Shown piece after piece: positions 25,053-37,629 of a stretch of DNA of 64,000 nt. A program made the position numbers and the translations under genes. Within the stretch, counting starts at the first letter, position 1; each line of letters begins with the position of its first letter. The notes below the pieces were generated by a model, which worked only from the letters and a program-made list of their open reading frames with translations, made no database searches and had not been told where the DNA came from. Source of the DNA: Lama guanicoe (Eukaryota); NCBI GenBank assembly GCA_013239625.1, contig MU054001.1:6125078-6189077 (forward strand), read 5' to 3'.

Positions 25053-25465
25053 TTATATTGGTCAAAACTCTGGAGGGCAGATGACAGAAACCCAGCTGAA
25101 TTTGGCTTAAGCCAAAAAGGGGACGTATTGGGCCCTGGGACTGAGGAGCTTAGAGGCAGTCCAGCTTCAGGCATAGCTGCATCCAAATGTCCAAAACGTA
25201 TTGCCAGACATGGGTTTCTCTATGTAGTCTCTGCTTTCTTCCGTGCCCACCATTGTGCCATGGGGGCTATCTTCACGTGCTACAAGAACCGGTCCCAGCA
25301 GCTCCAGCTCCAAGCCTACATCTTGCCAGGTTAGTCTCCCCAGGAAGGAGAGTTTTTCTCTGCCAATATTTCCAGCAATCATCCCAGCAAAGGAGTCTAC
25401 CATGACTCTGATTGGCCCTGCTTGGGTCACACTTGCCCAGGAACCAAGTGGCTAAGGGCACATAA
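25053..25465 (-). mobile_element. MaLR LTR MLT1K-like
   Basis: gatgacagaaacccagctgaatttggcttaagccaaaaaggg...gcttcaggcatagctgcatcca...ctctgattggccctgcttgggtcac. Confidence 0.75.
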
Positions 25466-25484
25466 CGTTCTGCACAATCCCTGC

Positions 25485-25760
25485 TTTAATAGCTGTTATT
25501 AATTGTCTATTATGTGCTAAGACTAACTACCTTATCTTTTCAAACAATGAAACAATTAAAAAGGTTAAATAACTTACCCAACTTTGCGTCCCAAAAATGG
25601 AGAAACCAAAATTTGGGCCCAGTTCTCTGTACCTTTTAAAGCACCAGTCTCCCTCCTTCTCTAGAACAAGTGAATGCCCATTTATTATGCATCCATTCCA
25701 CACACATTTATTAGGCACCTGCTGTGTACCCGGCACTGAGCTAAGATGCCAGTTACAACT
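25485..25760 (-). mobile_element. MIR fragment followed by L2 3' end
   Basis: aaggttaaataacttaccca; cacatttattaggcacctgctgtgtacccggcactgagcta. Confidence 0.6.
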
Positions 25761-26414
25761 GGAAGACCCTGAAGGCACTTCAGCGCCCCAGGCACCAGTT
25801 CCTTAAGCCCCACCTGGGCCCCTTCTGGAAAGTGACCTGGTCGTAAGTACTAGGAGGAGACACAGCTCACCAGGTGAACTTTCCCAAAGAGGACTGAGTC
25901 CAAGTTTTCAACTTCTGCTCTACCTGTTTGACTCACCCTCAAGTTCCTCACCATCTTAGGTAAGATAAAAAGGAAAAAAGGGTCATGACCTGGTTGGGTC
26001 CCAGCCATATTTTTGCTTGTCCTTTATGGTGTTTTTGTCTAAATTGGATTTAATTGCCAATATTGAAGAGACAGGATGTTTCACAATCAATGCCAAGTTT
26101 CCAAGTGTGTCAGATGTGGCAGCACTGAGCCCGCGCTCCACAAGGCGACAGTCACTGAGGAGAGAACTGGCTGCCGCTCTGGGGTGGGGCACGTGCTCCC
26201 CAGTTTGCCCTGGTCCCTCTCAGTCCCTATTGCCTTCCCCCGACCCAGGCTGCTTTCTCCTTGACTTTACCTGCTGAGTGAGCAGAGTGCTAAAGGGTAC
26301 AAACAATAGCTGACAGGCAGCCAGAGGAGGAAGCAAGGAATCCTCCGGATGGAGAGGACGGAGAAACCAAAAGGAGGTTCCAGGAAGAGGGCCAATTCCA
26401 GCCAGGTCTTTTAG

Positions 26415-26940
26415 GATGAGTAGAGTTTTAAATGCAAACATCTTTATGTGTACGTATGTAAGATGGATTATGATCGTTAGAGTGGGAACAGTGTGGGGAG
26501 GGGGTTTGCCAGGGTGAGTGAAGGGCCTGAGGAAAGATACAGGGAGAATGCCCAGCTGAGACTCCGGGAGCCTTGCCTGCAGAGGCAGAATTTTAGGAGG
26601 TCACAGGGAGTTCGAGCAAGGAGGGCGCCAGCTGGACTGAATTCTGCAGGACACCTACCCAGCCTCCCTGGGGCTTCACAATAGTCACCCGGGTCTGCAG
26701 CTCCAGAGGTGCAGTTGAGCCCAGCTGGCCAGCCCTGCAGACCTCTGATGGGGCCTCGGGTTGGGAGCTGAGCTCCAAACTCAGCAGCACCCCACTGCTC
26801 CCCATAAATGTGACTGTATCCTCAGAGGGTCTGATGGGCATCGGGACCCACATCTTGCCAGGATCAGGGCCTCTTGCTGCTTCTCTCAGCTTCTTTCCCT
26901 GCCTCCCTGGCTGCTTCTGAACCCCTAAAGCTCTGACACC
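26415..26940 (+). mobile_element. Possible ancient LTR (Gypsy-like MamGypLTR group?)
   Basis: weak remembered similarity (gctggactgaatt...cccagcctccc...ataaatgtgactg), ends near ctgaca. Confidence 0.25.
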
Positions 26941-27129
26941 CCAGCCTAGCCACCAGCCTTCCCTCTGACTTCAGGTCCCCAGGGTTCTGTATTGCCGGAT
27001 GGGGGCCGGGGATGAAGGGAGGGCCAGGAAGCAAGTGGTGATGTGGCCAGCCCGGCCCGGGCTTTCCTCCAGCCCCCTGCGAAGCCTGGTAAGGTTACCC
27101 CAGCTTTACAAAGGAGGAACGTGCAGCTC

Positions 27130-27262
27130 GGAGAGATTAGTGACAGGGGCCTGGGCAAGGCCTCTCAGCTTCCATTTCATCCTCTGTATAGCGAGGATAA
27201 TTTACAAACCTCCCAGGCTTCTTGTGAAGTTTAGAAATAGTGCGTAAAGTGCCGGCCCTGAG
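27130..27262 (+). mobile_element. MIR fragment
   Basis: cctgggcaag...ctctgtatagcgaggataat...acctcccagg...ttgtgaagtttag...gcgtaaagtgcc. Confidence 0.6.
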
Positions 27263-27397
27263 CCTTCGTACATACATGCATTTATTCGTTTGAAATAATT
27301 AGGGAATATCTTACAGCCCAGACACAGTGCTGGGCACAGAGTTACAACACCAGTGAGATAGACACGGTTCCTGCCTGTAGGGAGTTATAGTCAGGGC

Positions 27398-27568
<171 letters not shown>

Positions 27569-27909
27569 TGTGTTTGTTGCGGTGGTGGAGGGGGAAGAAT
27601 GAGTGACCATTGGAGGGGTGTTCTGGAGGGCGGCAGCACCTCACAGGCGGCTGATCCTGGACTCAAGACTTCAGGGAGCATGTGCAATTGCAGCACAGGG
27701 TTTATAATACAAAGAAAATCAGTGTGACTAGAGCAAAATGTGCCCGGTGGGGGAGGGAGCAAGAAAGGAGGACGGGGAGGAGCGTGGTCCTGGAGCGAAG
27801 GCAGCTCAGGCAGGACGGCATAACCTGGGTTAGGGAATCGTCTTTCTCTCTAAGGGCACTGGGGGGTCACCCTGAGTGGGGTGGGGGAGGGAGTGGAGGG
27901 AAACGGGGG

Positions 27910-28740
27910 ATTCCCTGCTGTCACCGTTCACCGTGTCCTTCGGCACCAACAATTTATCTCAATTCAGTAGGCTAAGCGATTCTGTGAAACATCATCAATC
28001 AGATCACACCATGCGTCTGCTCAGGACCCTCCAGTGGCTCCCCATTCACCTCTGTGTAAAGGCCCAAGTCCTCACAAGGCCTTAGGAGAGCTGGTCTGCT
28101 ACCTCCCTGCTCATTCCAGGTGATCCGCCAGCCACGTGGCTCCAGCCTCACCGGCCTCACTGTGCCTGGAACGCCCGCCTCCCACTTAGGGCTTTCTGTC
28201 AGGCTGCTGCCTCCACCTGCATGCCCTCTGTTCTCCACCTTTTTGATCAAATCTTACCTTCCCAGCGAAGCTGACCACGGCCACCCACTTGCTACTGACT
28301 CCTCCCCCTACAGGACCTCTGAGGCCCCCTTCCCACTGCTATACCTTGCTTTGCTTGTTCTATGGGGCTTATCTTCTAATAAACTGTCAGTGCCCCCGGC
28401 TGTAGACTGCCAGGAACACACCTGCAGTGACGTGTGCTCAGTTTACCCCTGATGCAGTGACAGAGACAATGCACCAGGGGAATCATGGGGCATCCCCTTC
28501 AGGACAATGAGCAATAAACCCAACTTGCTCAGTTACATCTGTGTGGTCTTTGGCAGCAGGACACTGACCATACTACAGAAATTGCTTCTTTGTTGTGTTT
28601 ATTTTCTGTCTCTCCCATCTAGCTCCATGAAAGTAGGGGTGTTTGGGCTGCTCTGTGACCTGATATATCTAAGAGCCTAGAACAATGTCTAACACACACT
28701 AGAAGCCCAATTCATATGTACTGAAGGAATCAATTAATAA
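27910..28740 (+). mobile_element. L2a interrupted at 28385-28570
   Basis: aatcagatcac...ctgctcaggaccctccagtggctcccc...gtaaaggcccaagtcctcacaaggcc; tail agagcctagaacaatgtctaacac. Confidence 0.8.
28385..28570. mobile_element. Two opposed ERVL LTR 3' ends (MER76-like)
   Basis: tgtcagtg...ccaggaacacacctg on the left; caataaacccaacttg...tggtcttt...ggacactgac on the right. Confidence 0.55.
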
Positions 28741-29044
28741 TCCAAGAGCTGATTGGGATGTGGTGATTGGCTGGGAAAGGGAGGCACAGAGTGGAGTTAC
28801 CAGTGACCACCAGGCTATTGGCTCTGGTAATGGGATGGGTGGATATGTCATTTGCTAAGATGGGGGAGGTTTGCAGGATGGAGGTGGAGGTGAGGAGGAA
28901 TTGACAAGCTTGAGCTATTTCCAGTCACAGAATCATTAGCTCATCTTCCTATGACAGCCTCCCCCACCTCACTGTGTCACCTGCAGTCACAACCCCCCTA
29001 CACACACACACATCCCACCTCACCCCCAGGTGTGCCTCAGCCCT

Positions 29045-29235
29045 CAGTGAATTCCCCTACTATAACATATGCCAGGCACTGTTCTAAACGCTGGACACGG
29101 ATAATCCTACCCAGGCAACCCAGTCCTTATGCTTGTAGAGGTGGGTAACCCAAAGCACGGGGAGGATGAGTGAGCTGTGAGTGGCCGAGCTGGGCTCTGA
29201 GCATGAGCTGTCCAACTCCAGAGTCTAAACTGCTG
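29045..29235 (-). mobile_element. MIR
   Basis: tatgccaggcactgttctaaacgct...gtgagtggccgagctggg...tccaactccagagtc. Confidence 0.65.
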
Positions 29236-29637
29236 CAGGGCATTCAGGCAGCCACGACTCCAGATACCAGGAGAAGAAGGCGAGTGGGGGAGATGACTTG
29301 GCACAAAGCAGACTTGACTTTGGGATGTAGTAAAGGAGGCCATTTTTTCATCTGTTGGGAAGGGGCTGTTTGAAACAAACACTGCTCTGTGTCTGCAGGG
29401 AACTCCAAAGGCTGTCCAAAGCCCTTATGGACTCCAGGTCTCTCAGGCCTGTCGCACCCCATGGAGTCAGCCCTGCCGCATTATGTAAGAGGAAGGGACT
29501 GGCACCTCTGACACGATGCACCAACTGGGAAATTCATACAAATTTTAAAAGGAGTCAAGCACAGCCCCCTTCTCCCCCACCAAAGGAGCGCAGCTGAGAT
29601 CTGAAAAACAGGGTTATTAACTCCACCAGGCACCCGA

Positions 29638-29651
29638 GTTGCCATGGATAC
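29638..29651. promoter_or_regulatory. RFX X-box motif match GTTGCCATGGATAC (function untested)
   Basis: 12/14 identical to the palindrome GTTGCCATGGCAAC; reverse strand fits GTHNYY-AT-RRNAAC; in non-repeat DNA. Confidence 0.4.
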
Positions 29652-30360
29652 CACCAGCCCAGCGTGGCGCTTCTTCTGCCCCTTCAACGCTTTGCTCATC
29701 AGCCCTGGTCCATGCTGGCAAAGAGAGGATTTTTCTCCCCACCTCCCCAAACTGGTCCTCGGGGTTCAGAAGGCATTTGAGGACGCAGAGCTGGAAGAGC
29801 CGTTCTGCTCCATGTCATCTTTCCAATCGCTGATTTCCTTCACGCTCTGTCGTGCAGCACTCTGGCTGCGTTCAAATGAACATGAGCTCGTGTGTGGGTA
29901 CCGCTGTGCTCTTAGAAAGCAGGGATCTCTGCGTCTGTACTGCATACCTTGGGGGTTTGAAGAGAGGGAACTAAGCAAACTAACGAGCTCAAGTCTGTGT
30001 GTGTGCCTATTGACAAAGATGGTCTTCGGTGATCCTGAGGCTACATTAAAATTGCAGGTATCAGCACCATAAAATGAAGCCTAAACTTTGTTCCCTTAGT
30101 GAAGCCCCCAAGCCCCTCCAACACAGAGACAGTGATTGATCTTAGTCTCCGTGACTGAGCCCCGAGACCCCACAGAATATGGTGTCCTTCCCTAACGTTC
30201 TCAGTAAACACTTAACACCTGAGCATCCTTGAATGCTGCTTTTAGCTTTTTGAATAGTTCTTATATCATTTAAGCCTCAACTAAATGAAGTCAACAGTAC
30301 AATTGTCCCATCCAGTCCAAAGTGAGTAACATAAAAGGTAATCATTTAAAAGCACTGCAG

Positions 30361-30722
30361 TCCTTCCTTTTTCTGATATAATAAAATATAACAAAAAAGA
30401 AGCAGACGCACAGATACAGAGAACTAGTGGTTACCAACAGGGAGAGGGGATGGGGGTGGGCAATACAGGGGTAAGGGATTAAGGGGTACCAGCTATTAGG
30501 TATAAATTAAACTACACATGGTATATATATAGATAGATATAGACTATATATATGGTACAACACGGGGGATATGGCCAACACTTTATAATAACTGTAAATG
30601 AAGTATAACCGTTAAAAAGTGTGAATCACCTTACTGTACACTTGTAACTTAAATAATATTGTACGTCAACCATACTTCAATAAAAACAAGATTATAAAAC
30701 AAAAATAAATATATATATAAAT
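30361..30722 (+). mobile_element. L1 3' UTR (laurasiatherian/cetartiodactyl type); 13-bp TSD
   Basis: gaactagtggttacc...ctattaggtataaa...caaccatacttcaataaaaa; aaaagcactgcag at 30348-30360 and 30723-30735; target ttt/aaaa. Confidence 0.9.
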
Positions 30723-31011
30723 AAAAGCACTGCAGGGGAAACTTACTTGAAATGCATCAGCCCCCAGTGGGGTGATGGATGGACACAGGAGCAGATGGAG
30801 AGAGATGTTAACAAGCAAATACAGCAGAATGTCAAAGGTAAAATACCTGCGTTGGACAAATCTCAAGGGTCCTTTTGTTCTCCCAAATTCTGTGCACATA
30901 TATTGATTTCCTAAGCATTTATCAGGTACTTCATGTGATATGAGGATAAGTTAACATTAGTTAGTTAAGAGCCGTGTAAGCTTCTTTGCAGCTACTCAGA
31001 ATTGAGGCAGA

Positions 31012-31330
31012 GTGTGAGTCAGGGGCTAGCTTACGCTGTGGTACGCAAACATCATTCAAATTCAGGGCTTAAGATGAGTCTCTTGGTCCTGCTGCTGGGC
31101 CCCACAGGTTAGATGGGGGCTTTGCCACCGACATTGGCATCTTTGTTGTTCTCACTCAGAGCCCAGTTGACAGAGAACCACTACGCTTGCCTGAAGGAAG
31201 GGAGAGAGTCCAGCAAAGCACAGCTGTGTCTCTGAGGCATCTTCACGTTTCATCAGCTAAAGCGAGTCACCGAGAGCCACACAGTCGAGGGAGGGGAGGT
31301 GGGTCTGCTGAGCGGGGATGCTCTCCTCAG
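31012..31330 (-). mobile_element. MaLR LTR MLT1I-like
   Basis: tgtgagtcaggggctagcttacgctgtggtac...ctcactcagagcccagttgacagagaaccacta. Confidence 0.6.
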
Positions 31331-32995
31331 GCAGAGCAATGTACCAGCCACTCTGTCCTTTCTCTCCTGATGGATTGCAAGCTCCCTGAGGTCACTCTGC
31401 ATGGGTTTTTTTCTCCCCCTAATTATACAAACTACAATGCCTAGAAATTTTCCACCTCTTTGATCCTCAGTAAGCATTAGCCACTGATAACTAACTTTCT
31501 CATATCTTTACCATCTGAGAGCAGCAGCTCTTTTTCACGAGCGGTACCCTTATTTTGCCAGCTCCAGGATGAAATCCCATGGACAGCGTTCAAGGTGGGT
31601 CTTAGAACCTGTGGAACAAAGGCCTCTTAGGGTTTTCTTCGCCTGGTTGCGATCTGAGTGAAGCTCAGCAGGAGGGCACTCTCTCTTTCTGGAAGCTCTC
31701 AGCCTGATGCTCTGCTATTGTACCAGGGCAGCAGGGAGCAGGAATCATTTAAAGACCCCAGGGCTTGTGTGGAATTTCCACAAGACAGAGGTGATAATAA
31801 AAACTCAATGGAGTGGGACAATTGGGAGGGAGATAGCTATTAGCAATCTGCATGGGGCAGGGGAGGGGCTTGGAAGATTCCCTGAGGTTTGTTTCCAAGA
31901 CAAAGATGGCATCTCCTCACTTGTGCAGCCCTCTCACCTCCCGGGCTCCCCCTCTCCCCTCTTTTCCTCTTTTAGTCCAGTCCTTGCAGTCTGGCCAGGC
32001 CCCCTCCCCAGAGGGTATGGGCCAGATGATTTAGGCTGTACATTCTAACACGGGCTTCTGTGAAAGCCAGCTTGGCTCGAAAGCTGCAAAGTACAAAGCC
32101 CCGAAAAGCAAAACCCAAACAGGTACATAAATGAATCAATACTCAAGCACTCAGCACATTCACACGTATTTACTACAGAAACACACTTGGCCCAGGCCCA
32201 ATACCCAGGCCTCTAACTGTGCTAGTCAATATCACTCATCAATTAAAAACTAAAGGAGTTTTATCACTCCCCCTGACACCCCAGACTCCTGGCTCATAAA
32301 ACGGATTTCAAGTCAGTGGAAATAGCTTGTTTTGCCCAGCAGCTGTGTTCCTGAAAAGTTTCTTGTAAATCAAATCCTCTTTTAAAATGCATGAAACTTT
32401 CAGTTTAAAAGGAGACCTGTGATTAATCCTTTTGTAAGTCAAAGAATCTTTCTGTAACACAAAAAAAACCCCACCACTACCTCCTGCCCCCATCTCACGC
32501 TGCCTCCCCCTGCCGCCCCATCCCTCCTGGTGGCCACCTGCCCCCACCCACTCCATTCTATAAGGTCAGCTTTAGGCATAAATAACATTTTCAAAAGAGG
32601 ACTTACGTCTTCGTGACTTGGAAGCCAGCCAAAGCCCATCTTTTTAACTGGCTCTTACAAACATCTTGGTGGAGAGGCCTGTGGAATATAGATCACTTGT
32701 TTGCAGACACCACAATGCACAATCACCAGAAATGCTGATGAGCTTGGCTCTGAAAGGAACTCATTGATGTTCTCGGAGAGAATGGCTCATCAGCCCTCAC
32801 TTGGAACAAAATCAGACAGCATCTCCAGAGACGGGTGGAGACACAGTGAGGACACCTTTATCTTTCTCCCCAGCTCACCCCGTCCCTTCTGCTGGTGAAG
32901 ACTGAAAAATAGGATGAATCATGGAAAATATTCTCCAAGGGTCATTGGGAACATCAGTCTATAATTTTACCCAAGGGTGAGGCCAAAGACTAACC

Positions 32996-33273
32996 CAATG
33001 TGTCTCAATCTTTAGCCATTTGGGATTTTTACTGTGTCCGTGTACCATCTTTAGTATTATTTACTCAATAGCCTTTGCTAAATTGGCTCACTGCTCTCTA
33101 CTTGGCCTCATGAGAGGCCATGAGTTTCATGAAAGCAGAGGTTTGAGATGTAGTTATATAGTTTCGGATACATTAAAATAAATTTATAACTTTAAAAATC
33201 ATGTCCATCCATGGGCCCCTAAAGTCATCCCGTGGGCCACTTTTTATACACATGCCACACTTTGCCAATAGTG
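32996..33273 (-). mobile_element. hAT-Charlie MER113A-like; decayed 8-bp TSD
   Basis: gtccgtgtaccatc...tattatttactcaata...tacattaaaataaat...ccacactttg; flanks gactaacc / gactaggt. Confidence 0.7.
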
Positions 33274-33345
33274 GACTAGGTGGCCTCACCCACTCTGAGT
33301 CACGGTGGTCTCAATTCTCCCACCACCGTTTACACACCTGCACCT

Positions 33346-33730
33346 ACATTCATTCAACAGATGTTACTGACTAACTACTGTACACGGGCACTGTCCTAGG
33401 TACGGGTGACTTTTGTGCCTTTGGGAACTTGTAATTAGTGGAGAGGGGCAGGCAGAAAGACAGTTGTAACATAGTGTGTCTGACAAAGAACTGGGGAGCG
33501 CAGAAGAGGAGAAATGAACTCTCCCTCAGGGACAGGAGCCTCAAAGACAGTGCTGTGGGTGGGCTTGGAAGAATGGATTAAGGAGTGATGGAAAGGCATT
33601 CCAGGAGAGAGGAGAGCCATGTGCAAAGGCCCAGGGGCATGTGACAGGACAGCACGTGGTTAGGAGGGCTGAGTGCTCTGTGTGGCAGGACAGGTGGCAA
33701 GTATTACAATCAGGTCATAGAGATCTTTTT
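33346..33730 (-). mobile_element. L2 3' portion
   Basis: cattcattcaacagatgttactga...ggcattccaggagagaggagagccatgtgcaaaggccc. Confidence 0.8.
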
Positions 33731-33744
33731 AGTAGGACATTAAA

Positions 33745-36700
33745 TGATAATATCCTCAAGGGTCATACATGTTGCAGCATGTTTCCTCCATTTTTAAGCC
33801 TGAATAATATTCCATTGAATCGTGTTATGGACTGATTCGGGTCTCCCTAAAATTTATATGTTGAAGTCCTAAGCCCCATTGTGATTGTATCTGGAAATAC
33901 AGCTTCCAATGAGGTAATTAAGGTTAAATGAGGCCATGAGGGTGGAGTTCCAATCCATCAGGACTGGTGCCCTTAAAGAAGAGGAAGAGACACTAGGCAG
34001 GCAAAGGCACAGAGAAAAGGTATTGTGAGGGCACAGCAAGCTGTGTCCTTCTGCAAACCAAAGAGAGAAGCCAAAGTAGAAAGCAACCCTGCTGGCACCT
34101 TGATCTTAGACTCCCAGCCGTCAGAACTGTGAGAAAACACATTTCTGTTGTTTAAGCCACTCAGTTTGTGGTATTTTGCTACAACCATCCTAGTAAATTA
34201 ATAGATATGTATATGCTGCATTTTCTTTATTCATTCATGTAACAGTGGACATTTGGGTTTTTTCTAGCTCGTGACTATAGGGCTGATGCTGCCGTGAACA
34301 CAGGATACAAATATCTCTTCAAGAGTCTGCTCTTGATACTTCTGGATACCTATCCAAAGGTGGAATTGCTGGATCATATATGATAATTCTATTTTTAATT
34401 TTTTTGAGGCACCTCCATACTGTTTTGCATAGTGGCTGCACCATTTTACAATCTTATCAACAGTGCGTTGTATGTGACTATCAGGTTTTCCTAGCGCCAT
34501 TTGTCCTTCCCCTACTGGGTGGCTTTGGCACTCCTTTAACAAATCATTTGACTGTATACACAAGGGTGTGTTTTGGGGCTCTCTATTCTATTCCTTTAGT
34601 CTGTATGTCTGTCTTTTTCCAAGTATCACTCTGTTTTGATGACTGTAGCTTTGTAATATGTTTAGAAATCAGGTTTCTAACTTTATTCTTATTTTTCAAG
34701 ATTGTTTTGGCTATATAGGTTCCCTGGAGATCCCATGTGAATTTTAGCATGGATTTTTCTATTTCTGCAAAAAATGCCAATGAGATTTTGATAGAGAATG
34801 CATTGAATGTGTAGATTGCTTTGGGAAGTATTGAAATCTTTAAAAATACGAAGCCTTCCAGTCCATAAACAAAAGATGCCTTTCCACTTATTAGTGTTTT
34901 TTTCATTTCTTTCAGCAATGCTTTTTAGTTTCCAGTGTACAAGGCTTTAATCTCCTTGATTAAGTTTATTTGAGTACTTTGTTTCCCACTATTGTAAATG
35001 GAATTGATTTTGTCATTTCCTTTTCTGGTTGTTCATTGTTACTGTGTAGAAATACAACTGATTTTTATGGGTTGATTTTGTATCTTGCAACTTTGCTGAT
35101 TCATTTATTAGTTTGAACAATTTTTGTGGAATCTTGAGAATTTTCTGTATGTAAGATCATGTTGTCTGCAAACATATAATTTTATTTCTTCCTTTCTAAC
35201 TGGATGTGTTTCATTTATTTTTCTTGACGAATTGCTCTAGCTAGGACTTTCACTACTATGTTGAAAAGAAGTGGTGAGAGGAGGCACTCTGTCTTCCTCC
35301 TGATCTTAGAGGAATAGTTTTCAGTCTTTCACCATTAGGTATGATATTAGCTGTGGGCTTTTCATATATGGCCTTTCTTATGTTGAAGTTGTTTCCCTTT
35401 ATTCCTAACTTGTGGACTGTTTTGATCATAAAAAGCTGTTAAATTTTGTCACTACTTTTTTTGTATCAATTTAAATGAACATGTGTTTTTTTTCCCTTCA
35501 TTCTGTTAATGTGGTATATTAGATTGATTGATTTTTGTATGTTGAGACATCTTTACATTCCAGATAGAAATCCCACTACGTCATGGTTTGTAATCCTTTT
35601 AATGTGCTGTTGAATTAGGCTTGCTAGAATTTTATTGAGGATTTTTGCATCCATATTAATTAAACATATTTTTTCTGTAGGGTTTTGTGGAGGTTTTCCG
35701 GGGGGAAGGTTTTTTTGTCTTGTCTTGTAGTATCTTTGTCTGACTTTGGTGTCAAGGTAATAATGGCCCCATAGAATGAGTTTGGAAGTGTTGACTCTTT
35801 TTCATTTCTTGTCAAGAGTTTGAGGAGGATTGGTGTTAATTCTTTAAATGTTGCCAGAACTCTCCAGGGAAGTCATGTGGTCCTTGGTTCCTTCACTGGG
35901 AAGGTTTTCATTACTGATTCAATCTCTTTACTAATTACAGGTCTGTGCTGATTTTCTATTTCTTACTGGTTCAATCTTGGCAGGTTGTGCTTTTCTAGAA
36001 ATTTTTCCATTTCTTCTAATTTCCAATTTTTTTTCATTTAATTGCTCATACTAATCTTTTATAATCCTTTTTATTTCTGTGGCATCACTTGTAATGTTCT
36101 GTCTTTCATTTATGATTTTATTTATCTAAATCTTTTCTCATTTTTATTAAATCAGCTAAGGATTTTTTAATTTTATTGATTTTTTTTTAAAAAGATAATT
36201 TAATTTTATTGATTTCTTTCTTTTTTTTTCACTTTTTTATATTCTCTATTCCACTTACCAATGCTCTTTTATTTTCTCCCTTCTGCTAACTTTGAATTCA
36301 GTTTGCTCTTTTTCTGGTTCCTCGAAGTGTCAAATTAGATTGTTGATTTGAGATCATTCCATTTTTTAATGTAAGCATTTACAGCTGTAAACTTCCCTCT
36401 TTAGCATGCTTTCATGGCATCCATACGTTTTGATATGTTGTGCTTTCATTTTTATTTGTCTTGAGATATTTTCTAATTTCCCTGTCATTTCTTCTTTGAC
36501 CCATGGATTGTTTAAGAGTATGCCCTTTAGTTTCTATGTATTTGTGGATTTCCCAGATTTCCTTCTACTATTGATTTCTAACTTCATTCCACTGCAATTG
36601 GAAAAGATACTTGGTATGATTTCACTCTTTTTAAAGAATTTAAGATAGTAAGATGATAATTGAGGTTTTAAGAGTTGTTTTGTGGCCTAACAGGTGGTCT

Positions 36701-37135
36701 ATCCTGGAGAACATTCCATGTACACTTGAGAAGAATATGTATTCTGCTGACTTAGTGTAATGCTCTGCATATGTCTGTTAGGTCAGTTCATCTATAGTGT
36801 TGTTCAAGTCCTTTGTTTCCTAATTGATCCTCTGTCTGGTTGTTCTGTTATTGATAGTAAGAGTATTGAAGTTTCCTACCTTTATTGTAGAACTGTCTAT
36901 TGCTCACTTCCGTTGTGCCAAGTTTGATTCATATATTTAGGAACTCTGATGTTTGGTGCCTATAGCTTTATAATTGTTCTCTCTTCCTGGTAAATTGACC
37001 TTTTCTCAGGTAATTCAGAGATATGTATATTTTTAGGGTCAATTTCTAGAGTTTTGTTTCATTTTTTTGATTGGTCCCAGTGTCCCTGTTTATTTGTATG
37101 TTTTGTGATCTTTTGTTGAAATTTGGGTATTTGTG
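33745..37135 (-). mobile_element. Old L1M (L1MB/MC-like), about 3 kb of decayed ORF2, split by MLT1A
   Basis: ORF 34583-34918 [33 protein letters not shown] resembles L1 ORF2; antisense MFADNMI near 35155-35175; many stops. Confidence 0.9.
33823..34205 (+). mobile_element. MaLR solo LTR MLT1A-like inside L1
   Basis: tgttatggactga...atatgttgaagtccta...caaccctgctggcaccttgatcttagact...tttaagccactcagtttgtggtatttt. Confidence 0.9.
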
Positions 37136-37139
37136 ACCA

Positions 37140-37435
37140 AAACATGATTAATCCGTACAACAATTCAGCAATAAAAAAGAATGTCAATTGCTTCCCACAA
37201 CATGGATCAATCTGAAATGCATGAAAAGAGCCAAACTCAAAGGATATATGATTCTCTGCGCATGATTCCATTTTTATGAAAAAAGCAGGCCAGTGGTTGC
37301 TGGGACTGAGTTTGGGGAAGACTTGCCTATGAAGCGATGGAGTGGTGATCGCGTGATTGCACACTCATAGAATTATACACTGAAAAGGGAAAATTTTACT
37401 ACATGTCTGTTATGCCTTAGTAAACCTGACATAAA
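37140..37435 (+). mobile_element. Old L1ME/MC 3' end
   Basis: ttcagcaataaaaaagaatg...caacatggatcaatct...atgattccattttatg...ctcatagaattatacac. Confidence 0.7.
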
Positions 37436-37629
37436 TATGTATGTATATGTATGCAATTACATGTATATATTGTATGCATACACACAGTTATTTCATATCC
37501 TTACCAGCACTTGGTATTATTATATTGTCATAGCTGTAGCCATTCCAATATGTGTGTAGTAAAATCATTATGGTTTTAATTTGCATTTTCCTGATATTGG
37601 CCCCCTTTCTATATGCTTATATACCTCAT

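Noticed and set aside
32519..32536. CTCF-like tggccaccaggaggga on the minus strand
   Set aside because: Mismatches at core positions of the consensus; unsupported without ChIP data
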